From assembly GCA_964016885.1 (NCBI GenBank), contig OZ024741.1, positions 369,024,001-369,088,000 on the forward strand: a DNA stretch of 64,000 nt, read 5' to 3'. Under the pieces are notes generated by a model. That model saw only the letters and a program-made list of their open reading frames with translations, made no database searches and had not been told where the DNA came from. Below, one piece after another: positions 39,630 to 50,700 of this stretch; within the stretch, counting starts at the first letter, position 1, and each line of letters begins with the position of its first letter. Position numbers and translations under genes: made by a program. This DNA is from Eledone cirrhosa (lineage: Eukaryota).

Positions 39630-41176
39630 CCAATGACATCTCATTTTGGTCTCCCTGCTTATACGGGCGACGTGAGAATATGGTTCGCTCAAATGGAAGC
39701 ATTTTTAGAGGGTAACAACATCACTGAGGCACTGCAATGTCCCTTCATCCTTAGTGCCATTCCTCCGACACTTCTCCCAAATATTAAGGATCTCGTATTG
39801 GAGACACCGACCGACGCTACTTACAAGTCGTTGAAGGCTGAAATACTCAGCCGGACTGCACAGTCCACCGAGATACGCTTCACAGCTAAGGTCCAAGAGC
39901 ACATCGGGGATGGCACTCCATCGGACCTCTTACGTCGAATGAAAGCCCTAACAGAAGGGTCGGTAGCAGAAACTGCGGCGATATCCAATTTTAGTGAACT
40001 AAATGCTGCTTACGTGCTGTAGTTGCTGCTTACTTGGTGGCTTACTGCTTGCTGCTGGCTGCTGCTTACTTGGTGACTTACCTGCTTCATTGTATGAGGC
40101 TATTCCAACAAATTTACATTCCCCTTTTTTTAGCCGTTAAAAGAAATATAGATTTATTTATTGTTTTTTTTTTTGCGATTTATTTGCCACTGGGAAAAGA
40201 AACCCCTTGGAAAAGAAATGTCCCAGATGCGTTTGCAACGAGGAAACTGTGGGGATATGTCGCCGGCCAACAAATGGTCCTCTTCTTCCGATACCACTTC
40301 GAAAGAAGGATCAAGGTGGAGAGAAAGGCACTAAGTCCCAGCCAATTCCATGAAAGATGGGTGAAAGTAGCAATAATGGCCCGTGTAAGTGGGCCATCTC
40401 TCTATATCGGCTTGTACAGGTAAGAGAAGAAGGGAGCACCCCCCTCTCTCTGTGCTCCCTGGCAAAAAGGTCGCACACTTTCTACGGGGGTGTGTGTGAC
40501 CCCAAAAGGCTGCCTAACGTGGCAAATAAAGAAATCTATGCCCCAGTGGCAAATAAATCGCAAAAAAAAAAAACAATAAATAAATCTATATTTCTTTTAA
40601 CGGCTAAAAAAAGGGGAATGTAAATTTGTTGGAATAGCCTCATACATTGAAGTAAGCAGCAACTACAGCACGTAAGCAGCATTTAGTCCACTAAAATTGG
40701 ATATCGCCGAAACTGCGATGTTGAAGCAGTTGTTTCTTTCACGTCTACCGACCAACGTTCAAGCTATTTTGGACCCCATGAGGAATACATGTCCTGTGGA
40801 CCAACTGGCCGCCTCTGCGGACAAGGTTTTTGAGGTCACGGGTGCTGGAGGCAGCGAGGCCCTCGCCGCTGTTTCTCCCCCAGCTCAGGTCACACCTGGC
40901 CATGCTACCTGCGCGGCAACTCAGGCAGACAGTGCAGCTATAATGGCTATGCAAAAAGCTATTCAGGAACTCACCCTGGAGCTACAGAAGCTGAGGGCCT
41001 CTGGTAATGTTCGTTCGCGCTCGCGCAGCCGCGGTAGATCTACCTCTTTCAGACACCGCTCCAGGTCACCAGCTTCATCTTTATGCTGGTACCACGAGCG
41101 TTTTGCTGAGAACGCGAACTACTGTGTACAGCCTTGTTCTTTTGAGAAGTCGGGAAACGCCAGAGTGGTTCGCTAA
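39630..41176 (+). pseudogene. gag, interrupted by a 732-bp insertion
   Basis: ORFs 39549-40022 and 40697-41176 join in frame (VAETAMLKQLFLSRLP) once the insert and one TSD copy are removed. Confidence 0.88.
39977..40708. mobile_element. Non-autonomous DNA transposon with long TIRs and 8-bp TSD (Merlin-like)
   Basis: TIR GGCGATATCCAATTTTAG, ~165 bp of inverted match; GAAACTGC duplicated at 39969-39976 and 40709-40716. Confidence 0.85.
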
Positions 41177-41208
41177 GGGCGGCAGTTGACCTCAGTTTAA
41201 AGCACCCA

Positions 41209-41601
41209 AACTGAAAGTTTCGTCAACCTTCTCAATTGTAAACATCGTTTATTTCCGTATTACCACACGTTATTTTAATAAAGCATATCGATGTAAGTGG
41301 AGTTACTTAAATGAAAATATAGGTGGTCCTTAAAAGGGCCAAATTAGAAAACAAATATGGTTATCAAATTTTTTTCACCAACCCTATACATGAAATTGAT
41401 AACCATGACTATGAAAATATAAATGATTAAATCCAATTTATTTGATAACCATGACTTGTTTTCTAATTTGGCCCTTTTAAGGACCACCTATATTTTCATT
41501 TAAGTAACTCCACTTACATCGATATGCTTTATTAAAATAACGCGTGGTAATACGTAAATAAACGATGTTTACGATTGTGAAGTTTGACGAAACTTTCACT
41601 T
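41209..41601. mobile_element. Fold-back element at the pol deletion
   Basis: ~160-bp near-perfect inverted arms; no TSD visible. Confidence 0.8.
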
Positions 41602-41619
41602 CTGACAGCTAATAGCAAA

Positions 41620-43420
41620 ATTACTGTTTTCCCTTACCGAGATTTTGAAAGATCGTCGTAAGAAGAATGAGGATATTTCCTTGACACAAGGACAACTCAA
41701 GGATTTCCAGACTGCCAAGACAGCACCTGCTAAGTCATCTTTGCTAGCCCACCCAGTATCAAAGGCTAAGCTTTCGCTTTGTGTCGATGCATCTGATACC
41801 GCTGTGGGAGCAGTTTTACAACAGTATAACGCTGGAAACCAACAACCTTTGGCATTTTTCTCCAGGAAGCTGAAACCGGCAGAAACTCGTTACAGCACGT
41901 TTGGTCGGGAGTTATTAGCCATATATCTGTTGGTGAAACATTTTTCTCATATTCGCCCAGAGAGACAAGGCACCTCTATTACATTTCGCAGTTTACAAAT
42001 GATATACAGCACATTGCTGGCTCACTAAATGCAGCTGCAGATGCCTTGTAACGCTTGCCAATCAGCTCGATTTCGTCATCCCAGGAGATAGAGTTAAGTC
42101 GTTTGGCAGCAGACCAACTTGCACTCGAATCGTAGGATACTACAGCCAAATTTGCGACTTGCAACCTGAAATATCTGCCCTTGTCGACTACCGACAGGCA
42201 GATTCTCTGCGATGTATCTACGGATTCACCTCGACCTTTTGTGTTCCTTGCTTTGCACAGCATTTCTCACCCAGGTTCTTCAGCCACAGTAAAGCTCGTA
42301 ACGGCTAGATTTTTCTGGCCATATATGAGGCGAGAAATTATTGCTTCGTGCCGTTCCTATGTACAGTGTCAAAAATCTAAAGTCCACAGACACACCCAGG
42401 CTCCACTAGGTACTTTTAGTACTCTGGATGCTCGTTTTCAACACATCGATATCGTTGGACCTTGGCCATTCAGTAGTGGATATTCTTACCTTTTGACCTG
42501 CATTTATCGTTTTTTGCGATGGCCTGAAGCCATCCCCTTAAAGGGCATTACCGCCGAGACCATAGCGCATGCCCTGGTATCAGGGTGGATTGCTCGCTAT
42601 GGTGTGCCAACCACAATTACCACAGTCCGTGGTAGGCAGTTTGAATCTCATCTTTTCTCAGAGCTGACAAAAATTATTGGCACTCAACGCATTCGGACCA
42701 CATCTTATCATCCTGCTTCAAACGGATTGGTGGAACGTTTTCACTGCTAATTAAAGGCCGCTCTTCGCGCCTATCCAAACTCTCTACGTTGGAGCGAGTA
42801 CCTTCCTATTGTGTTGTTAGGAATTCGGTTATCAATAAAGGAGGACCTTGGGTTCTCCCTGGCCGAATTATTGTATGGGGGAAAACCCCCGTCCAAACCC
42901 ATGCAAGCGTGGAACACGGACGCTAAACCTGATGATGATGATGATGATGATGCTCCTCTAGCGTTGCCTGGGCAAATGCTTTCCCCTGTTGACCTTGCTT
43001 TTCAAGATCCTCTTTCCTACGTATCTCGTTTGCGCTCCTATTTTCAGGACTTACTGCCTATGGATACTAGGAAACAAACTATTAAAACTGCAGTCCCAAG
43101 GGATATTGCCTCGTGGACACATGTCTTTGTCAGAAACGACGCTGTTAGTCGACCTCTCACACAACCGTACTCTGGACCCTACCGTGTGCTAGCATGTACT
43201 GACAAACATTTCACTGTAGACATTAAGGGATCCAGAGAGACAATTTCGGTGGATAGACTAAAAAGGGCATACACAGACGCTCAAACACCTGAGCCACAAA
43301 TACCCCAATCTTTCTCTATTGTGCATACACCTGCTCTTTCTGCCCCACCTTCACCTACATACAAGATCACGACTCGTTCCGGTCGAAGAGTCCACTGGCC
43401 AAAAAAAACTGTCAGACAGT
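41620..43420 (+). pseudogene. pol remnant (RNase H + integrase)
   Basis: ORFs at 41645, 42181 and 42811 with RNase H, integrase and GPY motifs; stops and frameshifts. Confidence 0.9.
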
Positions 43421-43585
43421 TTTTATATGAACTGGCCACTATGGAGCCTTTTCTTTTTTCTTTTTCTTTGTATTATGTATGCATGTACCTTTTTTTTTCT
43501 TGTTTTTGTTTCATACCTTTGCTTTGATCCCATTCTTGCAGGTTCGCTGCAATTACCTTCGGGCTTTATGTCTGGAGGAGGGTAT

Positions 43586-44024
43586 TGTAATGACGCCTAG
43601 TGGTCCAGAACTCAGAAGTAATGAGAGTTACGTCTCATGGGGACTGTAGTGACTCCTAGTGTCAACAAGAGGTAATTGGAGTTACGTCTCCATGGGGACT
43701 ATATATTAAGACAGTGAGAGTGCTCTATCTCTCTCTTACAAGGCCAGCAGTCCTGGAATCAAGATGCAACTCTGCCTTCTCCGACTTTTAGTTCACCTAC
43801 TCCAGTGAACATGTTAAGAGCAACTCTTTCACTAACTATGGTGGCAGCCTACAACAGCCTCATAACAAACAACGAATAACATTGTCAACCTTCGCAACTC
43901 GTGGTAATATGTTTATTGTCCTTTTTTGACTCAAGTGAAGTAAACCTTTTTATATATAAAGTAAATCGGCCATTCTTCTTATTTAAACAACAACCATGTT
44001 ATTACGGCTAACAACTCTGTTATA
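43586..44024 (+). repeat. 3' LTR (right boundary 44013 or 44024)
   Basis: Begins TGTAAT right after the PPT; matches the 5' LTR. Confidence 0.85.
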
Positions 44025-44775
44025 ATCCTTCTAACAATATCTTAACAATACACTTTGCTAAAATCCTATTAAAAGTTTACACTATAAAAAGAATAGGGAT
44101 TTTCAGTGTTTTGCACAGATAGTTAAAGGACAGGAGTTATTGAAATTGACATTGAAATAAAATATTTGATATGACTGATTATTAGACTAACATAGCTGCA
44201 AGATTCATTAGACCTGTATATCTATCAGGCTCATTAACACATAATTCAGGTCTATTTAACCAACTAATTTGTTAAATCTATTAGACTACCACACCTGTAA
44301 GATTTAAATCTGAAAACCAGTAGAATAGATTCACCCCTCTTCTTGACATACTAACAAAATGAATTTACCTTGTTCACTGAACATCCTCTTTTTGTAAATG
44401 ATATATGTTATTCTAGAATAACATTCCTTTGAAGGATACATTAACAAGTTAAATAATGCATTGGAAATTTAGGTTCAATGCCCTAATTAATTTTGAATGT
44501 TCTAGAAAGGTTAGGTCATGTGACAGCAGGTTATAAAACCAGGCAAAAAGCTTAAGACAAAGATCTAAATCCTTTCTAAATTGACAACAGCCAGATTTGT
44601 ATTTTTGCAAGTCTTTCCAACCAACAATTTCTCTTCAAGATGTGAATTATTGTGTGTTCTTTGGATACAATAGAATTATGTTTTTACAATTAGGTTTAAT
44701 TCATTAATACTTACGCCAAAACAGTTGCACACACCACATTACATTACTTTTATTGTAATAAATGTTGGTGTTATT

Positions 44776-45075
44776 CATCATCATCATCATCATCACCGTT
44801 TTACGTCCGTTCTTCCACGCTAGCATGGGTTAGATGGGTTGTCCTGTTGTGGGCAGTGTCTGGTCGGCTGACCATGCCTTGCTCATACAGGAACTGATTT
44901 GGCTTGATTTATACAGCCGGATGCCCTTCCTAACACCAACCTCATTTACAGTGAGTGCTGGGTGCTTTTTCGTGGCGCCTACACGTCCACTTTACAGTGT
45001 GGGCTGGGTGCTTTTTTGCCGTGGCACCTCCACGACCACCTTGCGGTGGGGTGTGTGGGGGCATATTGTCTATAT
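44776..45075 (-). mobile_element. RTE subfamily A 3' UTR fragment
   Basis: Matches 9313-9615. Confidence 0.9.
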
Positions 45076-45164
45076 TTATGTAGTGTAAATAAAAAGAACT
45101 TATAATTTCCACACAGTTTTCCTTGCTTCTTATTTAATAGACTCGTATGTTTTTAGCTCTCAGT

Positions 45165-45480
45165 TACAGTGGAAACCTAGGTTCATGAACAAATCAGTTC
45201 ATGAACAATATTTTCAAACATAAAACGTCTTGGTTCACAAATAATGTTTTGAGTAACAAACACACAAGCCAGCAACAAGTTTGGAGTACTGGCAGAGAAG
45301 TGTCACTTGCTGTGTAGTTAGTTACTATGGTGATATCTATCACACACAGTCGCTCTCTCTCTTTCTCACTGTATTTCTCTCAACTTTTCATATGGGAAAA
45401 ATACTTTTGGTTTTCAAACATTGCAGGTGATGAACAGCCTTCAGGAACAAATTAAGTTTGTGAACCAAGGTTCCCTTGTA
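45165..45480. mobile_element. Tigger-like MITE
   Basis: TA-cagtggaaacctaggttcatgaac / gtttgtgaaccaaggttcccttg-TA. Confidence 0.7.
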
Positions 45481-45542
45481 TTTCCTACATTTGAATTTTT
45501 TCTCTTGCACATATTCATTACATATCACTATATACTCTATAT

Positions 45543-45990
45543 CAGCGGTAACCAACCTTTCGGACCTCACAGACCACGAAATTCATAATTTTAAATCCCG
45601 CGGACCAGTAATATGAATTAATGGTCAATGGTCGAAACAATACTGAAGCGTGTGTCATATTGTCTATAAATGATACATATGTGTAAAATTGTTTCATGGA
45701 TGTTAGTTCTTTATTGAGGAGAAACATTTTTCAGTGGGATTATAATATAATTGTTTCTATTTTTGGCACAAGGCCAGCAATTATCACAGTGTATTACTGG
45801 TACTTTATTTTATCGACCCCGTAAGGATGAAAAGCAAAGTTAACCTCGGCGGGATTTGAACTCAGATCATAAAGGGCCATAACTGTTTGCTGCAAAGCAT
45901 GGCATCCAAATAATACCCACATTTTCCTGTGTGCCACCAAAATTCTCTCGGACCACCAGTGGTCTGCAGACCACTAGTTGCCGACCGCTG
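45543..45990. mobile_element. hAT/Charlie-like MITE with a nested second-family SINE (~45745-45910, minus)
   Basis: CAGCGGT..ACCGCTG termini; flanks ctctatat / ctctaaca. Confidence 0.72.
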
Positions 45991-45996
45991 CTCTAA

Positions 45997-47331
45997 CAGA
46001 TGATCTAATGCTCATAGCTGAATCAATGGCCGAACTAGAGAAGAAATTCCAAACATGGAAGCATGGCCTAGAATCAAAAGGCCTTAAAATTAACCTGGCT
46101 AAGACTAAAGTTCTAGTTTGTAGGAAGGAAAATAGGGCACTGGTCCCATCCGGGAAATGGCCATGCTCAGTGTGTAGGAAAGGAGTAGGTAGAAACTCCA
46201 TTTTATGTCCCAAATGCAAAGTATGGGTGCATAAAAGATGTAGTGGGATCACAGGTAAGCTAACTAAGAACATAGATTTTATATGTGGCCGGTGCTCTGG
46301 TGCAATAAGTAGCAGCAAGTGTCCACAGAATACTAGCTCATTCTATTGCACAGATGGTTCTATAGAAATAATGGACAGCTTCCGTTACCTGGGTGACAAA
46401 ATCAGCAGTGGGGGAGGGTGCTCTGAAAGTACAGTAGCTAGAGTCAGAACTGGATGGAAAAAGTTGAGAGCTTATACCACTATTAGCCGCTAAAGTGTTC
46501 TCTCTAAAAATGAAAGGCAGGCTGTATGATGCCTGCATACGAACAGCAATGTTACATGGCAGTGAGACCTGGGAATTGTGTGCAGAGGATATACACAGAC
46601 TGGAGAGGAACGAAGCTTGCATGCTCCACTGGATGTGTAATAGTAATATACGTGAACGGCAAAGCATAAATGAACTAAGGGAAAATTTAGAAATAAGAGG
46701 GATCAGATGTTGTTTGCTCAAGAAAAGACTATGTTGGTATGGTTACGTGATGCGCATGAAAGACGACAGCTGTATAAAAAAGTGCAGGGCAATAAAAATA
46801 GACGGTAGCCACGGAGTAGGCAGACCCAGAAAAACCTGGGACGACTTGATAAATTCCGACCTCACACACTTACACCTCTCCAAGACAATGTCACCGGACC
46901 GAGATCTTTGGCGCTACAAAGTAATACAGAAGACCCGCCTTACCTAAGTACAAAGTGAAACCTACTACAGTCAGTAGGCACCTCTAACAAAAATACACCC
47001 CCGTCCCATTACCCCCACCTCATCCACACCACCCCTTTCAATGTAAAGTTATGTTGGTACCACAACATCCAGTCCGAAACAAATGAGGTCGTGTAGGTGT
47101 CACGACAAAAAAACACACAGTCCACGCTGTAATGTGGCCGTGTAGGTAACACGGTAAAAACCTCCCAGTCCACACTGTAAACGTGGTTGGTGTTAGGAAG
47201 GGCTTCCAGCCGTAGAAAACCCGCCAGACAGTCCTTTGCAAGCAAAACAACCACTCTTGCCTCAAGTTGGAAAACTCCTGTCCAATCCCATGCAAGCGTG
47301 GAACATGGACGTTAAACGATGATGATGATGC
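45997..47331 (+). mobile_element. 5'-truncated RTE LINE, subfamily B (one frameshift)
   Basis: Starts at the (YA)DDL motif; close copy of 34838-36114. Confidence 0.95.
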
Positions 47332-47723
47332 TCTATATGATTAACATTTATTAAAGTAAACAGACTTACTGAAGTGTACCGTATCCATTTCTGACTTGCT
47401 TTATAATTATCACATTTCATTAAATATGAAAAACTTTTCTTAATTCCAAAATTGGCTTCTAGACATAACATATTGGCTAATTTCAATTGATCATCATCTG
47501 TTTCGTACCATAGCTGAAAATTTAAAGAAATATAAAATAAAAATAAAACAGATAATGAACACATTGTCTTAGCTTTTATGATTATAGACAAGTTTAGTTT
47601 TCTGGCTAATTGGATCTTGTCAGTATCACCTGTGGTGACGGTAGACACCTAGACAGGATAACCATTTTCTTCATTTGAAGCAGGTAAGTCATTAATCTGG
47701 GATGCCACATGTTGCTCCATGTT

Positions 47724-50700
47724 CTCTGGTACCAGTGGCCACAATATCAGATACCACTGCCTGTAACACAGGGGAAACTAAATACTGGGCTTTGTCTGGT
47801 ACCAATCTCATCACTGCAGTGGCCACAGTACCAGACACCACAGCTAGTAACATAGAGGAAACTAAACACTGGGCTTTGTCTGGTACCAACCTCATCACTG
47901 CAGTGGTCACAGTACCAGACACCACTGCCAGTAACATAGAGCAAACTAAACACTGGGCTTTGTCTGGTACCAACCTCATCACTGCAGTGGCCACAGTACC
48001 AGACACCACTGCCAGTAACATAGAGGAAACTAAATACTGGGCGTTGTCTGGTACCAACCTCATCACTGCAGTGGCCACAATACCAGACACCACTGCCAGT
48101 AACATAGAGGAAACTAAATACTGGGCTTTGTCTGGTACCAACCTCATCACTGCAGTGGCCACAGTACCAGACACCACTGCCAGTAACATAGAGGAAACTA
48201 AATACTGGGCTTTGTCTGGTACCAACCTCATCACTGCAGTGGCCACAATACCAGACACCACTGCCTCTAACATAGAGGAAACTAAATACTGGGCATTGTC
48301 TGGTACCAACCTCATCACTGCAGTGGTCACAGTACCAGACACCACTGCCAGTAACATAGAGGAAACTAAATACTGGGCTTTGTCTGGTACCAACCTCGTC
48401 ACTACAGTGGCCACAGTACCAGACACCACTGCCAGTAACATAGAGGAAACTAAATACTGGGCTTTGTCTGGTACCAACCTCATCACTGCAGTGGCCACAA
48501 TACCAGAGAACACTGCCAGTAACATAGAGGAAACTAATTACTGCGCTTTGTCTAGTACCAACCTCATCACTGCAGTGGTCACAGTACCAGACACCACTGC
48601 CTCTAACATAGAGGAAACTAAATACTGGGCATTGTCTGGTACCAACCTCATCACTGCAGTGGCCACAGTACCAGACACCACTGCCAGTAACATAGAGGAA
48701 ACTAAATACTGGGCTTTGTCTGGTACCAACCTCATCACTGCAGTGGCCACAGTACCAGACACCACTGCCAGTAACATAGAGGAAACTAAATACTGGGCTT
48801 TGTCTGGTACCAACCTCATCACTGCAGTGGCCACAATACCAGACAACACTGCCAGTAACATAGAGGAAACTAAATACTGGGAGTTGTCTGGTACCAACCT
48901 CATCACTGCAGTGGCCACAGTACCAGACACCACTGCCAGTAACATAGAGGAAACTAAATACTGGGCTTTGTCTGGTACCAACCTCATCACTGCAGTGGCC
49001 ACAGTACCAGACACCACTGCCAGTAACATAGAGGAAACTAAATACTGGGCTTTGTCTGGTACCAACCTCATCACTGCAGTGGCCACAGTACCAGACACCA
49101 CTGCCAGTAACATAGAGGAAACTAAATACTGGGCTTTGTCTGGTACCAACCTCATCACTGCAGTGGCCACAATACCAGACACCACTGCCAGTAACATAGA
49201 GGAAACTAAATACTGGGCATTGTCTGGTACCAACCTCATCACTGCAGTGGTCACAGTACCAGACACCACTGCCAGTAACATAGAGGAAACTAAATACTGG
49301 GCTTTGTCTGGTACCAACCTCATCACTACAGTGGCCACAGTACCAGACACCACTGCCAGTAACAGAGAGGAAACTAAATACTGGGCTTTGTCTGGTACCA
49401 ACCTCATCACTGCAGTGGCCACAATACCAGAGAACACTGCCAGTAACATAGAGGAAACTAATTACTGGGCTTTGTCTAGTACCAACCTCATCACTGCAGT
49501 GGTCACAGTACCAGACACCACTGCCTCTAACATAGAGGAAACTAAATACTGGGCATTGTCTGGTACCAACCTCATCACTGCAGTGGCCACAGTACCAGAC
49601 ACCACTGCCAGTAACATAGAGGAAACTAAATACTGGGCTTTGTCTGGTACCAACCTCATCACTGCAGTGGCCACAGTACCAGACACCACTGCCAGTAACA
49701 TAGAGGAAACTAAATACTGGGAGTTGTCTGGTACCAACCTCATCACTGCAGTGGCCACAGTACCAGACACCACTGCCAGTAACATAGAGGAAACTAAATA
49801 CTGGACTTTGTCTGGTACCAACCTCATCACTGCAGTGGCCACAGTACCAGACACCACTGCCAGTAACATAGAGGAAACTAAATACTGGGCTTTGTCTGGT
49901 ACCAACCTCATCACTGCAGTGGCCACAGTACCAAACACCACTGCCAGTAACATAGAGGAAACTAAATACTGGGCTTTGTCTGGTACCAACCTCATCACTG
50001 CAGTGGTCACAGTACCAGACACCACTGCCAGTAACATAGAGGAAATTAATACTGGGCTTTGTCTGGTACCAACCTCATCACTGCAGTGGCCACAATACCA
50101 GACACCACTGCCAGTAACATAGAGGAAACTAAATACTGGGCTTTGTCTGGTACCAACCTCATCACTGCAGTGGCCACAATACCAGACACCACTGCCAGTA
50201 ACATAGAGGAAGCTAAATACTGGGCTTTGTCTGGTACCAACCTCATCACTGCAGTGGCCACAGTACCAGACACCACTGCCAGTAACATAGAGGAAACTAA
50301 ATACTGGGCTTTGTCTGGTACCAACCTCATCATTGCAGTGGCCACAATACCAGACACCACTGCCTCTAACATAGAGGAAACTAAATACTGGGCTTTGTCC
50401 GGTACCAACCTCATCACTACAGTGGCCACAGTACCAGACACCACTGCCAGTAACATAGAGGAAACTAAATACTGGGCTTTGTCTGGTACCAACCTCATCA
50501 CTGCAGTGGCCACAATACCAGAGAACACTGCCAGTAACATAGAGGAAACTAATTACTGGGCTTTGTCTAGTACCAACCTCATCACTGCAGTGGTCACAGT
50601 ACCAGACACCACTGCCTCTAACATAGAGGAAACTAAATACTGGGCATTGTCTGGTACCAACCTCATCACTGCAGTGGCCACAGTACCAGACACCACTGCC

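Larger units (their letters stand above)
38803..44024 (+). mobile_element. Decayed Ty3/Gypsy LTR retrotransposon (CsRN1/Kabuki-type)
   Basis: Two LTRs; gag with WFAQME and C-x2-H-x9-C-x3-C; GGGAAAC at the gag end; RNase H (VDASD.AVGAVLQQ, YSTFGRELLA); integrase (HHCC, HIDIVGP, YHPASNGLVERFH); PPT tctggaggagggta. Protease and RT are deleted. Confidence 0.93.
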
